Source of the DNA: Piromyces finnis finn
Lineage: Eukaryota; Fungi; Neocallimastigomycota
Length of the DNA stretch: 64,000 nt
Direction of reading: 5' to 3'
Assembly: GCA_002104945.1 (NCBI GenBank)
Contig: MCFH01000021.1
Span: 744,001 to 808,000 of the forward strand
The notes beneath the pieces are model-generated. The model was not told the origin of the DNA. It saw only the letters and a program-made list of their open reading frames with translations, and searched no databases. Shown here piece after piece: positions 44,686 to 56,736 of the stretch; position 1 is the first letter of the stretch, and each line of letters begins with the position of its first letter. The position numbers were made by a program, and so were the translations under genes.

Positions 44686-47600
44686 ATGGATGTAAGTTTA
44701 AAAAGCATATATTGTGAAATATAATAATTACTGAAATAAAATTATTAATTATTACGTTATAATAAAATTAGCAACAACAATACTTAGCCAATTTAGAACA
44801 ATTATTAAAGCAAGTTTCTTCTCCAGATACTAATGCTATTAAGCAAGTTAGTTATCTACTAGAAAATAAATAAAATATATTTAAAATAAGTAAATTAATA
44901 TCATTTTTTTTATTTAGGCTACCGAAATCTTAAAACAAAACTATTTCAACAATGAACAATGCATTCCAGCTTTAGTTGAAATTATTTCTTCTTCAAAGGA
45001 TATTAGTGTATGTGGTATTTGATATTTATTAATAGTTTACTTACAAAAGAATAATTATTAATCTTAAAAATTAAATAATCAGATTCGTCACATTGCTGCT
45101 GTTGAACTTCCAAAACGTATTAGAAGTCATTTTGAAAAGCTTGATGATAACCTTAAGTCACAAATTGAACAACGTCTTTTAGAAATTATTACTGTTGAAC
45201 CACAGTAAGTAAAAAGTATTATAATTTTTGTAGTAGATATAACATTTATTGATAATATTGTATTTTTATAAATTATAAAGAAAGATTATTAGTCACGCTA
45301 TTGCCCGTTGTATTTCTTCTATGGCTGAATTTGAAATTCCAAACAATAGATGGACTAATTTAATTGATTTCTTATTTGAATGCTGTAAAAGCCAAAATGC
45401 TTCTCACCGTGAAGTTGGTGTATTCGTTTTATATTCTTTATTTGAGGTTATTGTTGATAATCTTACTGAAAGACTTCCACAAATATTTGAATTATTAAGT
45501 GTCACTATTAATGACCCAGAAAGTATTGATGTTAAGATTACTACCATGAAGGCATTAGGATCTGTTGTCGAATACATTGATGAAGAAAATCAAAAGGAAA
45601 TTGAATTATTCCGTTCTTTAATTCCAAATATGGTTAATGTTCTTTATCAATGTCTTGAAACTAGCAACAGAGATGGTGCTCAAGCTTGTTTTGATGTTGT
45701 TGATATTTTACTTACTTTAGAAACTCAAATTGTTGCTGAACATTTCTCTCAACTTGTTCAATTAACTGTTGATATTGCTAAGAATCCAAACTATGATGAA
45801 AGTATTAGAAATCTTGCTCTCTCTACCTTATTCTTCATTCCAGTTTACAAGAAGAACAGTTTAATTCGTTTACAATTAGTTAAGCCAATTATTGATGGCA
45901 TTTTCCCAATTGGTAATGAAGAAGAACCAGAAGATGAAGATGAAGATTGTCCAGCTAGATTAACATTCCGTATTATCAACTGTATGGCTACTAATTTACC
46001 ACCAAATTACATTTTCCCAATTATTATGGAATACATTGTTAGTTACATGTCAAATGCTAACCCACTTTACCGTAAGGCTGCTTTAATGAGTCTTTGCTCA
46101 TTAATTGATGGATGTGCTGATTTAATTCGTGGAAGAATTAACGACATTTTCACTTTCATTGCCCAAGGTCTTCAAGATAGTGAACCAGTCGTTCGTAAGG
46201 CTGCTTGTATTTCCTTCTTCCTTATCGCTATGGAAATGGTAGAAGAAGTTTCTGTTCATCACAGTTCTTTCATTCCTTTAATCTTCAATTTAATGAATGA
46301 TCCAGATGTTCAAATTCAAAGACATGCTACTAATGCCTTAAATGTTTTATTAGAAGGTTTAAATGAAGATATTGTTCAATATCTTCCAATGTTAGCCGAA
46401 AAATTCGTTTTCTTATTAGAAAATGGTGCTGTAGAAAACAAGGCTGTCATTGTCGAAGCTATTGGTTCAGCCGCTTTATCTGCTAGTGACAAGTTCCTTG
46501 ACTACTTCGAAGTCTTCTATCCAAGAATCCTCCATTTAATGTCTTTAACTACTGGTACTGAAGAATTATTAATCCGTGGTAATGCTACTAGTACTATGGG
46601 TTCTATTGCCGAAGCTGTTGGTAAGGATATCTTCCGCCCATACGTTCAAGAAACTATGAAGTTAGCTATGGAAAGTTTAAGTATTGATAGTCCAAAGTTA
46701 AAGGAACAAAGTTTCTTCTACTTTGCCATTCTTGCTAAGGTATTCAGTGATGAATTCACTCCATACCTTGAACACATTATGCCACCAATTCTTGAATCAT
46801 TAAACCAATCTGAAGACCTTAATGATTTACTCTTTGATGAAGCTGCATTTGAAGATATGGATGATGAAGAAGCTGAAGAAAAGGCTAACCAATTATTCTC
46901 AACTTCCTCTGCTATTGCTGAAGAAAAGGAATTTGCTGCTGATTGTCTTCAAGAAATCTTTGCTGCCACCAAGCATTCATACATGCCATACTTTGAACAA
47001 AGTATTGAAATTTTAAAGACTTTATTAAAGCATGACTTTGAAGGTGTTCGTAAATCTGCTTGCAATTCCTTAATTTCAATTATTTCAACTTGTTATGAAA
47101 TGTCTAACCCAGAAAAATGGCAACCAGGTTTACCAATTAAGGTACCAATTAACCAAGATGTTGCTACTCTTATTTCTCAAGTCATGCCAGAAATTATCAT
47201 TGTTTTAAATGATGAAGAAGATAAGGTATTAGTTATGGAAGTCTTCCAATCTATTGCTAGTGAACTTAAGAACATCGGTCCATCTTTAATTGCCGAATGT
47301 CATAAGGACCTTGCTAACATTTTATTAAGTGTATTAAAGCGTACTCATACTTGTCAAATCGATTATGACTACGAAGGTGAAGAGCCAGAACAATTAGAAG
47401 AAACTGAATATGAATCTATTGTTATTAGCTCTGCCTCAGATGTTATTGGTTCAATGGCCTTTGTTCTCGGTGATCAATTTATGGAATACTTTGAAGGATT
47501 CTATCCAAGTATTGTTAATTTCTACAACCCAGCTAAGGCTCCAAATGAACGTAATATGGCTATTGGAACTTTAGGTGAAATTGCTGCTGGTATTAAGGGT

Positions 47601-48092
47601 ACTATTACTCCATACACTGAAGAAATTCTTAAGGTCTTAATGGCTGGTTTAAAGGATGAAAATAATGAAGTTAACAGTAACGCTGCTTACTCTATTGGTA
47701 TTCTTTGTGAAAACACTCAATTAGATATCTCAAGTTACTATCCAGAAATTCTTTCTAGTCTTTCACCACTCTTTAATTCAACTTCTCTTCCACAAACCAT
47801 TGATAATGCTTGTGGTGCTGTTGCCCGTTTACTCTTACGTTATCCAAATGTTGTTCCAATTGACCAAGTCTTACCAACATTCTTTAATGCCCTTCCACTT
47901 AAGAGTGACTTTGAAGAAAATGTTCCAGTTGTTAAATTCTTACAATACTTATTTGAATCTCAAAATCCATTCATTTTATCTAACAAGGAAGGTTTAACCA
48001 ACTTATTCCAAGCTATGCTCTCTCCACCAGAAAACCAATTAAATGATGAATTAAGAGCTATTGTCTTAAAGATGGCCCAATCCCTTCAATAA
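44686..48092 (+). CDS. KAP123: Importin-4 / karyopherin Kap123 (HEAT repeats)
   Basis: 6-nt first coding exon ATGGAT|gtaagt, then QQQYLANLEQLLKQVSSPDTNAIKQATEILKQ...QIRHIAAVEL. The large last exon (track ORF 45321..48092) contains EEPEDEDEDCPARL, AIAEEKEFAADCL, ERNMAIGTLGEI and DNACGAVARL...LPLKSDFEEN. Confidence 0.92.
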
Positions 48093-48976
48093 ATAATAAA
48101 TAATAATTAAAAGCATAATTAAGAAAGGAAAAATACTTTCTAAAGCAATCTATCATTTAATATTTTATAGTAAAAATAATCTTAATTTATTTATAAAATC
48201 CATAATTATTTAATAGTAAAGAAATTATAGAATTATATAATAATTATACATTTTATAATTTTGAAAAAAAAAAGTTATATTTCAGAATTATAAGGATTCG
48301 AAAGAGAAAAAATATTGAAGAGAAAAATTGAAAATGAATAATTAAATATATAAAGAAAGAAAACTTAATAGAATTTAAAGAATGCAGACTATTTAGTTAA
48401 TATTAATATCATTAATTCATATAATAATAATTAAATAGATAGAAAAAAATCATAAAATAGAATTCATTCTATAAAAGATATTTATATAATATAAACCCTT
48501 TTTTAAAAAAAAAAAAAAAAAAAAATAATAATAATATTAAAAAAAAAAAAAAAAAAAAACTACGAAAATTATTTTTTATTTAATTTATAGAATTTTTAAT
48601 TATTTAATAGTATATAAATAAAAAAAATTAAATAAAATAATATCATAATAATATCATAATCATAATAATAATTTGAGTTTTTCATAAACCCATTTTAAGC
48701 TTTAATAAAGCACAAAAATGTATTTAGAATTAAAAGAAATATTTTTTATATTTGTAAAAAAAAAAAAAATATGTCATTTTAACAAAGGTATAATAGGACT
48801 TTTGTAAAATTTCAAGAAAAAACAAGATATTTTTATCACATTTAAAAAGTTAGTGATTACTTTATTATATTACTTTATAATGAATTAATAAAATGATGTA
48901 CCTCTTTTTCTTTTTTTTTTTTTTTTTTTTTTAATTTCTAACAAAATCAGGTTTAGGATAAAGTTCATAGGTATCA

Positions 48977-49167
48977 AAGTTTGCCTATGGTTTCTACTGA
49001 CTATTGAAAGCAAGAAGTGAATACAAGTTGGATGTTAGAGTTGTAAAAGCTGCTAAATTTGTTGATCCAGTTTGTCCTAACTACTGTCCAACTTTAATTA
49101 AAATTACTAGGATACATTATACCCAATTTTTATTCATTTGTGTGTTTAAACATATTTTTTTAATTTT

Positions 49168-49200
<33 letters not shown>

Positions 49201-49526
49201 TCCATGAATTAGTACTTATCCTAGAAGTTTTAACAATATCAATTCCAATTCAAGGGAATGGAAAGAACTCTGCAAGTGTCAGATTCAATTGGGTATTTAT
49301 GAAACTTCTAACCAAAATCATGCCTTTTGTTATTGGCCAGCAATGATCAATGTTGAAAAGGTTTGAAACAGTATCTAAGAGCGTCAATGCAGAAGAAACA
49401 GTAAGATAAACCAGGAGAGGCCAGCGCAACCTTATTTTTAATTTTGTTTTTTTATAATATGTATTATAATTTTAATTAAATTAATAAAGTTTAAAAATAT
49501 TTGATGCCGTTAAAAAAAAAAAAAAA
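48977..49526 (+). mobile_element. 5'-truncated LINE copy B2 with A15 tail and about 16-bp TSD (1 mismatch)
   Basis: AAGTTCATAGGTATCA at 48961-48976 versus AAGCTCATAGGTATCA at 49525-49540. Positions 48979-49090 match 42282-42393 at 101/112 nt by hand alignment, and the 3' terminus is the same as B1. Remnant frame ...REWKELCKCQIQ...SKSVNAEETVR*TRRGQRN. Confidence 0.88.
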
Positions 49527-50017
49527 GCTCATAGGTATATCATATTCAATGGAATCATTCTAATCACTATAATTAATTATCTTAAAATTTTGAAATATTC
49601 TGCCGTTATTGATAAAATGTGTATTAGCTTTAATGGAAAAATTCAAAATGTGTTAATTCCAATTACATTCTAAAATAAACATGATAGGAATCAAAAACTT
49701 TTTAGTAAAAAATTAAAACACCATAAAAAATAAAAACTTTTATTTCTTGATAAACAAACTTTAATAGTTAAATATAAATTAGTAATAATTCTTTCTTTAT
49801 AATTATCATTCATTAGTATTTAATTAAAATTTATTTTTCTTGAGAAAGAAAAATAAATTTTAACAATATAAAAAAATGAAAAAAATTTTTTAGTTGTGCT
49901 GTAGTCATCGAGAAATATTTTTTTTTTTACAAAAATCATGATTTATTAATTAATAATAGTTAATATTCATTAACCATTACTATTTAATATCAACAGCTAA
50001 AAACATTAATATTGAAA

Positions 50018-50048
<31 letters not shown>

Positions 50049-50086
50049 TCATCATCAACATCAACAACAACAACAACAACAACAAC

Positions 50087-50118
<32 letters not shown>
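50018..50118. repeat. Compound (CAA/CAT)n-(AAT)n microsatellite, no supported ORF
   Basis: Direct reading; the Gln/His frame has an upstream TAG at 49957-49959 and no ATG. Confidence 0.85.
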
Positions 50119-51047
50119 GCTAGAAAGTTTAGATCAAATTTATTTGTATTTTATTGTACTAAATTTTAATTAATAAAGAATTATTTATAAATAAATTAGC
50201 TTGCAAAAAAACATTATTTTTATATATAAAAAAATAAAAAGTTGAAAGAATTTAAATTTATTTTTTTTTATTTTAACAGATTTTAACATATATAATATTA
50301 ATATTAATACAGATATAGTAATGTATATAATTAGATTATGTGAATAATGCCATTTTATTTTTATAAATATAATAATTTTTATATAAATAGCAAAAAGAAA
50401 TTATACAAATTATACTAAATGAATATTTATAAAAAATTTAAAAAAATATTAACGATAAATAATAATAATAATAATAAAAAAAAAAGTTAATATTTGATGT
50501 AATTAAATATGAAATTCTATTGATTATTAAATGATGCTAAAAATAATAAAACGAAACATTAAAAACTATCTTTAAATCCAATTAAAAAATATAATCTATC
50601 AATAATTTATTTTAAAAAAATTAAACTTTAAATTTAGTAGAATTATTTGAAAATTCATTTTATTTATTGGTGGAGAATGTCAATTAGAATTAGAATGTGA
50701 TTTAGAAATTTTGAAAATACTAATTTTTATAATTAACTTATTATTATAACTAATAGATAACTTTAAACATTAGTTTTATTTATTTATTTAATAATAAAAA
50801 AAGGGTATAAATACTGCATTTTTTTCAATCTAAGTAAGTCTTCAGAACAATTATTATTTAATAATTTTTCTATATAAAAAAAATTATACCAAGAAATTAT
50901 TAATCTTATTAATATTTATTCCAAATAAAAAATTCTTAAATTTTTTAAAGCGTTATAATATTAATAATAACAAATAATATATACCCAATTTTTTTTATAA
51001 TAAAAAAAAAATACTAATCTTTTAAAACAAACTTTTAAATCTTAAAA

Positions 51048-51404
51048 ATGATTACTCCAGGATTCGAAATTCAACTTCACCCAAGTCGTCAATACGAAAT
51101 TCAAAAGGATAATGAATACAGAGAAAATTTAAAAAAGGTCTCTTCTCATTACAGAAAGCCACGTTCTCCAGGAGATATTTTCACTCCAAAGAAAACAAAT
51201 GAAAATAATCATCAACTTATTCTCCACCCAATACGTCAAATGGAAATATACCGTGAAAAAGGTATGATGATTCAAGTCCATCCAAATTTCTCTAAAAAAG
51301 TAGAAATTGAAAAGGAAGAAATAAGAGAACCAATTAGAATCATGAGTAACAAGGAAAAGAGATTTAGATCATTTGTCATTAATGACAAATTCCAAACTGT
51401 TTAA
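51048..51404 (+). CDS. Small intronless hypothetical protein (118 aa) with repeated HPxRQxEI motif
   Basis: GC-elevated ORF in AT-rich intergenic DNA, ATG preceded by AAAAA, host-like codons (CCA, CGT, TTC), internal repeat. Confidence 0.7.
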   Translation: MITPGFEIQLHPSRQYEIQKDNEYRENLKKVSSHYRKPRSPGDIFTPKKTNENNHQLILHPIRQMEIYREKGMMIQVHPNFSKKVEIEKEEIREPIRIMSNKEKRFRSFVINDKFQTV

Positions 51405-52405
51405 AAAAAATAAAAACTTCTCTGAATATCCTATTTAATTTATATAATGGTTATAAAAAAATGGATATTTAATAATTAAAAATTATTTCTTGTATTGGAA
51501 TAATTAAACTGATTATTTTTATAATGTTTAAAAATAATTTAAAAAAATTAAGAAAAAAAAAAATAAATAAAAATAAAAAAATTAAAACTAAAAAGTTCAA
51601 TATAAAGTGTGGAATTAATGATTTTAATTGTAGATATATTATTTAAATATATTATTACTTTATAAATATCAATTAGTTTTTAAATTATATAAGTACTTAT
51701 AAATAGTAAAAATAGTTAATAAATTATTTTTTTTTAAATAGTAATAAAATAATGACTATTTTATTACTATTTAAAAAGAAATAATTTATCAAGACATTAT
51801 AGTTGAAAATTCTAATGAAAAAAGTTAATATTAAATACCTTTATATTAAAATTTTTAAAATTAAATTTAAAATTAAATTCTAACCTTTTATTCCAGATTT
51901 TTATTTTAAATAGGTTACACACATTTATTATAATATATATTTTTTTAATTTATATCATTATAATAATATATTTTTGAAATATTTTATTTGAGGAAATATA
52001 TTGAAATTAATTTCAAATATTATTTTTTCTTTTGTTATGAAGTTAAATATTAAAATCATTTTAATAATTAACTTTAGAAATATAAATTAAAAAAAAAAAA
52101 TAAAAATAAAATTATAAAACTAGAAGGGGATATAATAAGTAGAGTGGAAGAAGAAAGGGAAAATATTATAATAATATGGAAAAATTTTAAAAGATTAATG
52201 TATTAATACAAAATAAATTTATAAATTTAAAATAAAATAAAATATAAAAAAAAAGAAAAGGAAAAATCCACTTTTAAAGTATTTTATAGTATAGAAATTT
52301 AAATAAAAAAAAAAAAAAAGAAAAGAGAAAAAAAGAAAAGCAAAAATAAAAAGAAAACAAAAATAAAAAAGCCTAGTATATATTAAAAAAAAAAAAAAAA
52401 AAAAA

Positions 52406-52876
52406 ATGAAAAATATATATTTTATAATATCATTAGTACAAATAATAACAACTTGTTACGGTAATGTACTTCCTCACTATAATGAGAGTGTAGTTTTTAA
52501 TAATAATAATACCAATAATGAGAATTCAATAATAAACGATAATTCTTATTTACAAAATGTAAGGATATATGATTATGGAATACCTTCAAATTTACAGGAA
52601 TTATATGATATTCAGAATGGTAATTTAATACCAATGGCAAAAGTAAAATATATTAATTATAAACAATTTCCAGATTTAAAAAACGTAAAAGGAAAAAATA
52701 TAGTTTCTCAAAAAGCTTTTAATTTCAATATAAAATCTGAAAAGAGTCATGAAAGTGAAATTTATGAAAAAGCATTATTGCGTGCTGAGGATGTAATTTC
52801 AAAAGCTTTAGGTTAGTATATGTAAATGAAATTTCAAAATTTTCTTTTTCAAATTTAAGATATAAATACTTTAGTG

Positions 52877-52927
<51 letters not shown>

Positions 52928-54273
52928 CCTTTTGAATTATTGTTATTATTTTAATTATTAATATTATTAATAAAATAAAGATAAATTCTATATAAATTTA
53001 TATTTTATATTAATATTTAAATTATTAATTTGTTATTAAAATAATTTAATAATCCTAATAATCCTTTTTTTTTTTATATTTAATTTAATATTATGCAAAA
53101 ATCAAAGAAATAAAAAAAACAATCAATGTAGATGTATATATTGAAGATTTTTGTAATAGCATACAAAGTATTCAGTGTGCGTCATTAGTGGGAATGACAT
53201 ATGCTCCTATTTATATTGCTTTAAAAGATGGTCCAAATGAAAGAGAGTATGCTTATCCACAAGCACTTGCCAAACAACTTAACTTGGATAAAGAAATTGA
53301 ATTTTCAGGTCATGATTTAATTGTATATTTGAATACTAAAATGGCAAAAGAGGATTATTCTGATCTTATTGTTACCCATGAAATTCTTCATGGCTTGGGA
53401 ATTATGGGTAATGGAGTTGTTATTGGAAAGAGTATTGGAATGGACCAAATGGCGGAAGAATTATTTTCACCTTATGTATATTATGATTTTGAAAAAGATG
53501 GAGATGAATATAAATATCATTTATTAGGATTCCTACCATTTACTATTTATGAAAAATATATTGTTTCATTAAAAGAACCGGATACTTATATCTGTCGTAC
53601 TGGATTTGATGAATTTTATAACAAATCAGTTAACATTACTTCATATTTACTTAATACTAAATCAAGTACAACAGATCAATTTTCAGTATTAACTGATATA
53701 TATAAAAATATCTATGATAATAATTCTTCTATTGATAAATACCGTAAGATTGCAAAACTTTATAAAACCCACAATTCTATTGGTTTTAAAAGTAGTGATG
53801 GTGAAGTTATTACTTTACAAACTTTTGATGATAAGTATTTATCATCAAGTTCAATATGTCATATTTCTGTTCCATTTGAATGTCATGATTTTGTTTCCTG
53901 CTCCTCCGAAAATATGAATGATTATGATAATGAATTTTTAATGTATTATTCTTATCCGATTCAATTTAAAACAACTGATATGATTAATCGTTTTAACAAT
54001 AAATATAGTCTTATTGGACCAAAATTAATGAAAATCTTAACTACTATGGGTTGGACGGAAAAGGGAACGACACAAAATGAAAAAATTTATTATGTAACGA
54101 ATGATCAATATCCTGATGTTTATAATAACCTTTTCAAAGTGAAAGCCAATAATAAATTATATGATACCAATAAAAAAGAACCATATCTAATTTCCAAAGG
54201 CATAACAATAGATTCACATTTTATTAGTATTATGATTATAATCATTTTATCACTAATAATTGTCTATTATTAA
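52406..54273 (+). CDS. Secreted/surface putative zinc metallopeptidase (HEXXH), signal peptide and C-terminal hydrophobic anchor; exons 52406-52811 and 53108-54273
   Basis: N-terminal MKNIYFIISLVQIITTCYG, YPQALAKQL, LIVTHEILHGLG and C-terminal FISIMIIIILSLIIVYY*. A phase-1 intron G|gttagt...aag|AA joins the two ORFs in frame. Confidence 0.8.
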
Positions 54274-54517
54274 AAGTAAAAAAAACTTTTTTTTTTTATT
54301 TTTTATTTTTTACAATTATATATTATATTATAACAAGATAAATTTTATAGAGTTTTTAAGTCAAGTTTTTTTTTTTTTATCAATAATAATATAATTATAT
54401 TTAAAGTTTTGTAACTACTATTTAATAGTCTTCAAAACGTTTTCAATATAAACAAAAAGTAAAATGAAACAACTAATTAATTAAATATAGAAGATATTTT
54501 TTATAACTTTTTGATAT

Positions 54518-54558
<41 letters not shown>

Positions 54559-54811
54559 AATGAATTTATATATTCATATATGATAATAAAAGAATAATAA
54601 TAATAAATTAAAATCAAAACAAAAAAACTATAGGTTATATTATATTTTATTTGCATTATTATTTATTTACAATTTTTTTTTTTTTTTTTTTTTAAATTGT
54701 TATTTATGTAAAACCATGATAATTTGATAGTTAAGTGAATTATTGTTATATAATATGCTCCAATAAATTCAATATATATATATATTTTTTTGTATATTTA
54801 TACATTTTGAC

Positions 54812-55808
54812 TTATTTCTTTTCGGTATTAACATTAGAGAAAGGTGATTTTTCTAGAATCGTTTGCTGGAAAGCATTTCTTTTTTTTTTTTTTAATTATT
54901 TTAAATATATATTTAAAAAGTATATATTAGAACATGAATTAATAAATTATAGGTTAATAAAGTTTTTATACTTATTTTCTTTACATTGTTTCGTTTAGTT
55001 TTCCAATCTTTTTTTTTTTATGTTATGATTTTAATATTTAATATATATTAATAGATAAAAAAATATTATAAATAAAAGAGAATATTGAGAATATTATTAG
55101 TGTATTATTTTTTTTATAATCGTTCTAATTTTTCAATATAACGACATTAGATTCTTGAATATTTGATAATTACATTACTAATGATATAATTTGAATCAAT
55201 TTCTTTTTGTTGAATTAAATTGGCATTCTGATTATATCTTACTTCAGGATCTTCATTTATATCAGAAAATTTCCTTAAAAAAAAAAAAAAGGTTATTAAA
55301 GTAAAACTTTTAATAAAAGAATAATATATTTTATTAATATTGTACATATTATCTTGATTTTTCTTTCCAATATTCATATGGTCAATTGCAAGTTTGATTT
55401 GTTGTTGTCTAATTAATAATAAATCATCAAAAATTGAGTCCGATACTATTGTTTTATAAGAAATTGGTATTAATATTGAAAGTTAAACTCATATGTTCTT
55501 TTAATATATACTATAGTGTCAATAAATAAATCTCAAATAATTATAATGAAATAAGAAAGTTTTATTAATAACCTGGAAAAATTTTTTGTGGTCCAGATAT
55601 ACTATGTTGAAAATGGGCTAAAATTTTATCATGACAATCAATCTATAATGTTCATTTTTATTTAAAAAAAAAACATAAAAGTGTTTATGATAAAGTTGTA
55701 AAGTCATTATTTTTTAAAATGTACGATATAAAATGAAGACAAACATACTTTATCACCAATATTTCCAGATAAATTCTCAACATTATTTTCCATATTTGAT
55801 GTATCCAT
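54812..55808 (-). CDS. Small multi-exon hypothetical protein; 3' exon structure unresolved
   Basis: MDTSNMENNVENLSGNIGDK|gtatgt, then PIFNIVYLDHKKFS, SDSIFDDLLLIRQQIKLAIDHMNIGKKNQDN and KFSDINEDPEVRYNQNANLIQQKEIDSNY, bounded by GT/AG sites. The end coordinate is a guess. Confidence 0.4.
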
Positions 55809-56736
55809 TTTTTATATTTAGCAATTTATTTTTTTTAAACTCTAGTTTTTTTTTTTTTTTTTGCCGTCCAAAATATAAGTTCGAATTTAATGGTCAACTA
55901 TATTAACAAAATAATTATGTATATCGTTATTAATATAATAGAATAATAAAAGTTTTAATAAACATTTTTATTAATTTATTAGTTATTTATACATTTATTA
56001 TATATATAAATAGTTAAAAAATATATGTTTTTATGATATTTTACTTTTTTTTTTTTTAATTATTTATATTAAGATATGAATATTACTTATAAAATTTAAA
56101 GCTATATTAATATAATGTTTAATAGGATGTTGATGTGATTATGAATAATTATAAAAGTAAATGTTTAAAGTATATTCTTTTAATCTGCTTATGAGATACT
56201 TGTTCATAATTAACAAGTGCAAAGTGTAATAATAATCAATAATAATAACATAAAAAAAAGAGAAGCTAATATATACCTCTATAAAAATTAATTTCAAAAT
56301 TAGTTTAAACTTTTGTTATTGTTTATATTATATCATCTGATCTAAATTAGAAAAGAATAATATTTAAACTTTTTATCCACATTTTTTTTTTTATTTTAAA
56401 AAAATGCTTTTAATTAAAGTAAATAAAGATGTAGAATTTAATTAATGTAATGCTTAATTAATGACTTTAATTAAATTTGATAGATTAATTAATTAATATT
56501 AAAATTTTATTAAATTTTTTCTTATATAAAAATACTTAATTTTTTTTATTTCTTTTTTTTTTTTTACCATTTTATTTTGAAAAAGTTATTATTTCCTACA
56601 GACTTATTTCAGAAAGCAACTCTATATTTTTAAAAAGAGAGAAGAAAAAAAAAGTAATATATGTACATGAATACTAAAAATAAAAAAAAATAAGTAAAAT
56701 GTTATTATAAAAAATATTAGACGACAATTACCAATT

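Noticed and set aside
49004-49207. 67-aa ORF
   Set aside because: Fragment of LINE copy B2 running into poly(T).
49960-50095. Poly-Gln/His frame as a coding exon
   Set aside because: In-frame TAG just upstream, no ATG and no supported flanking exons.
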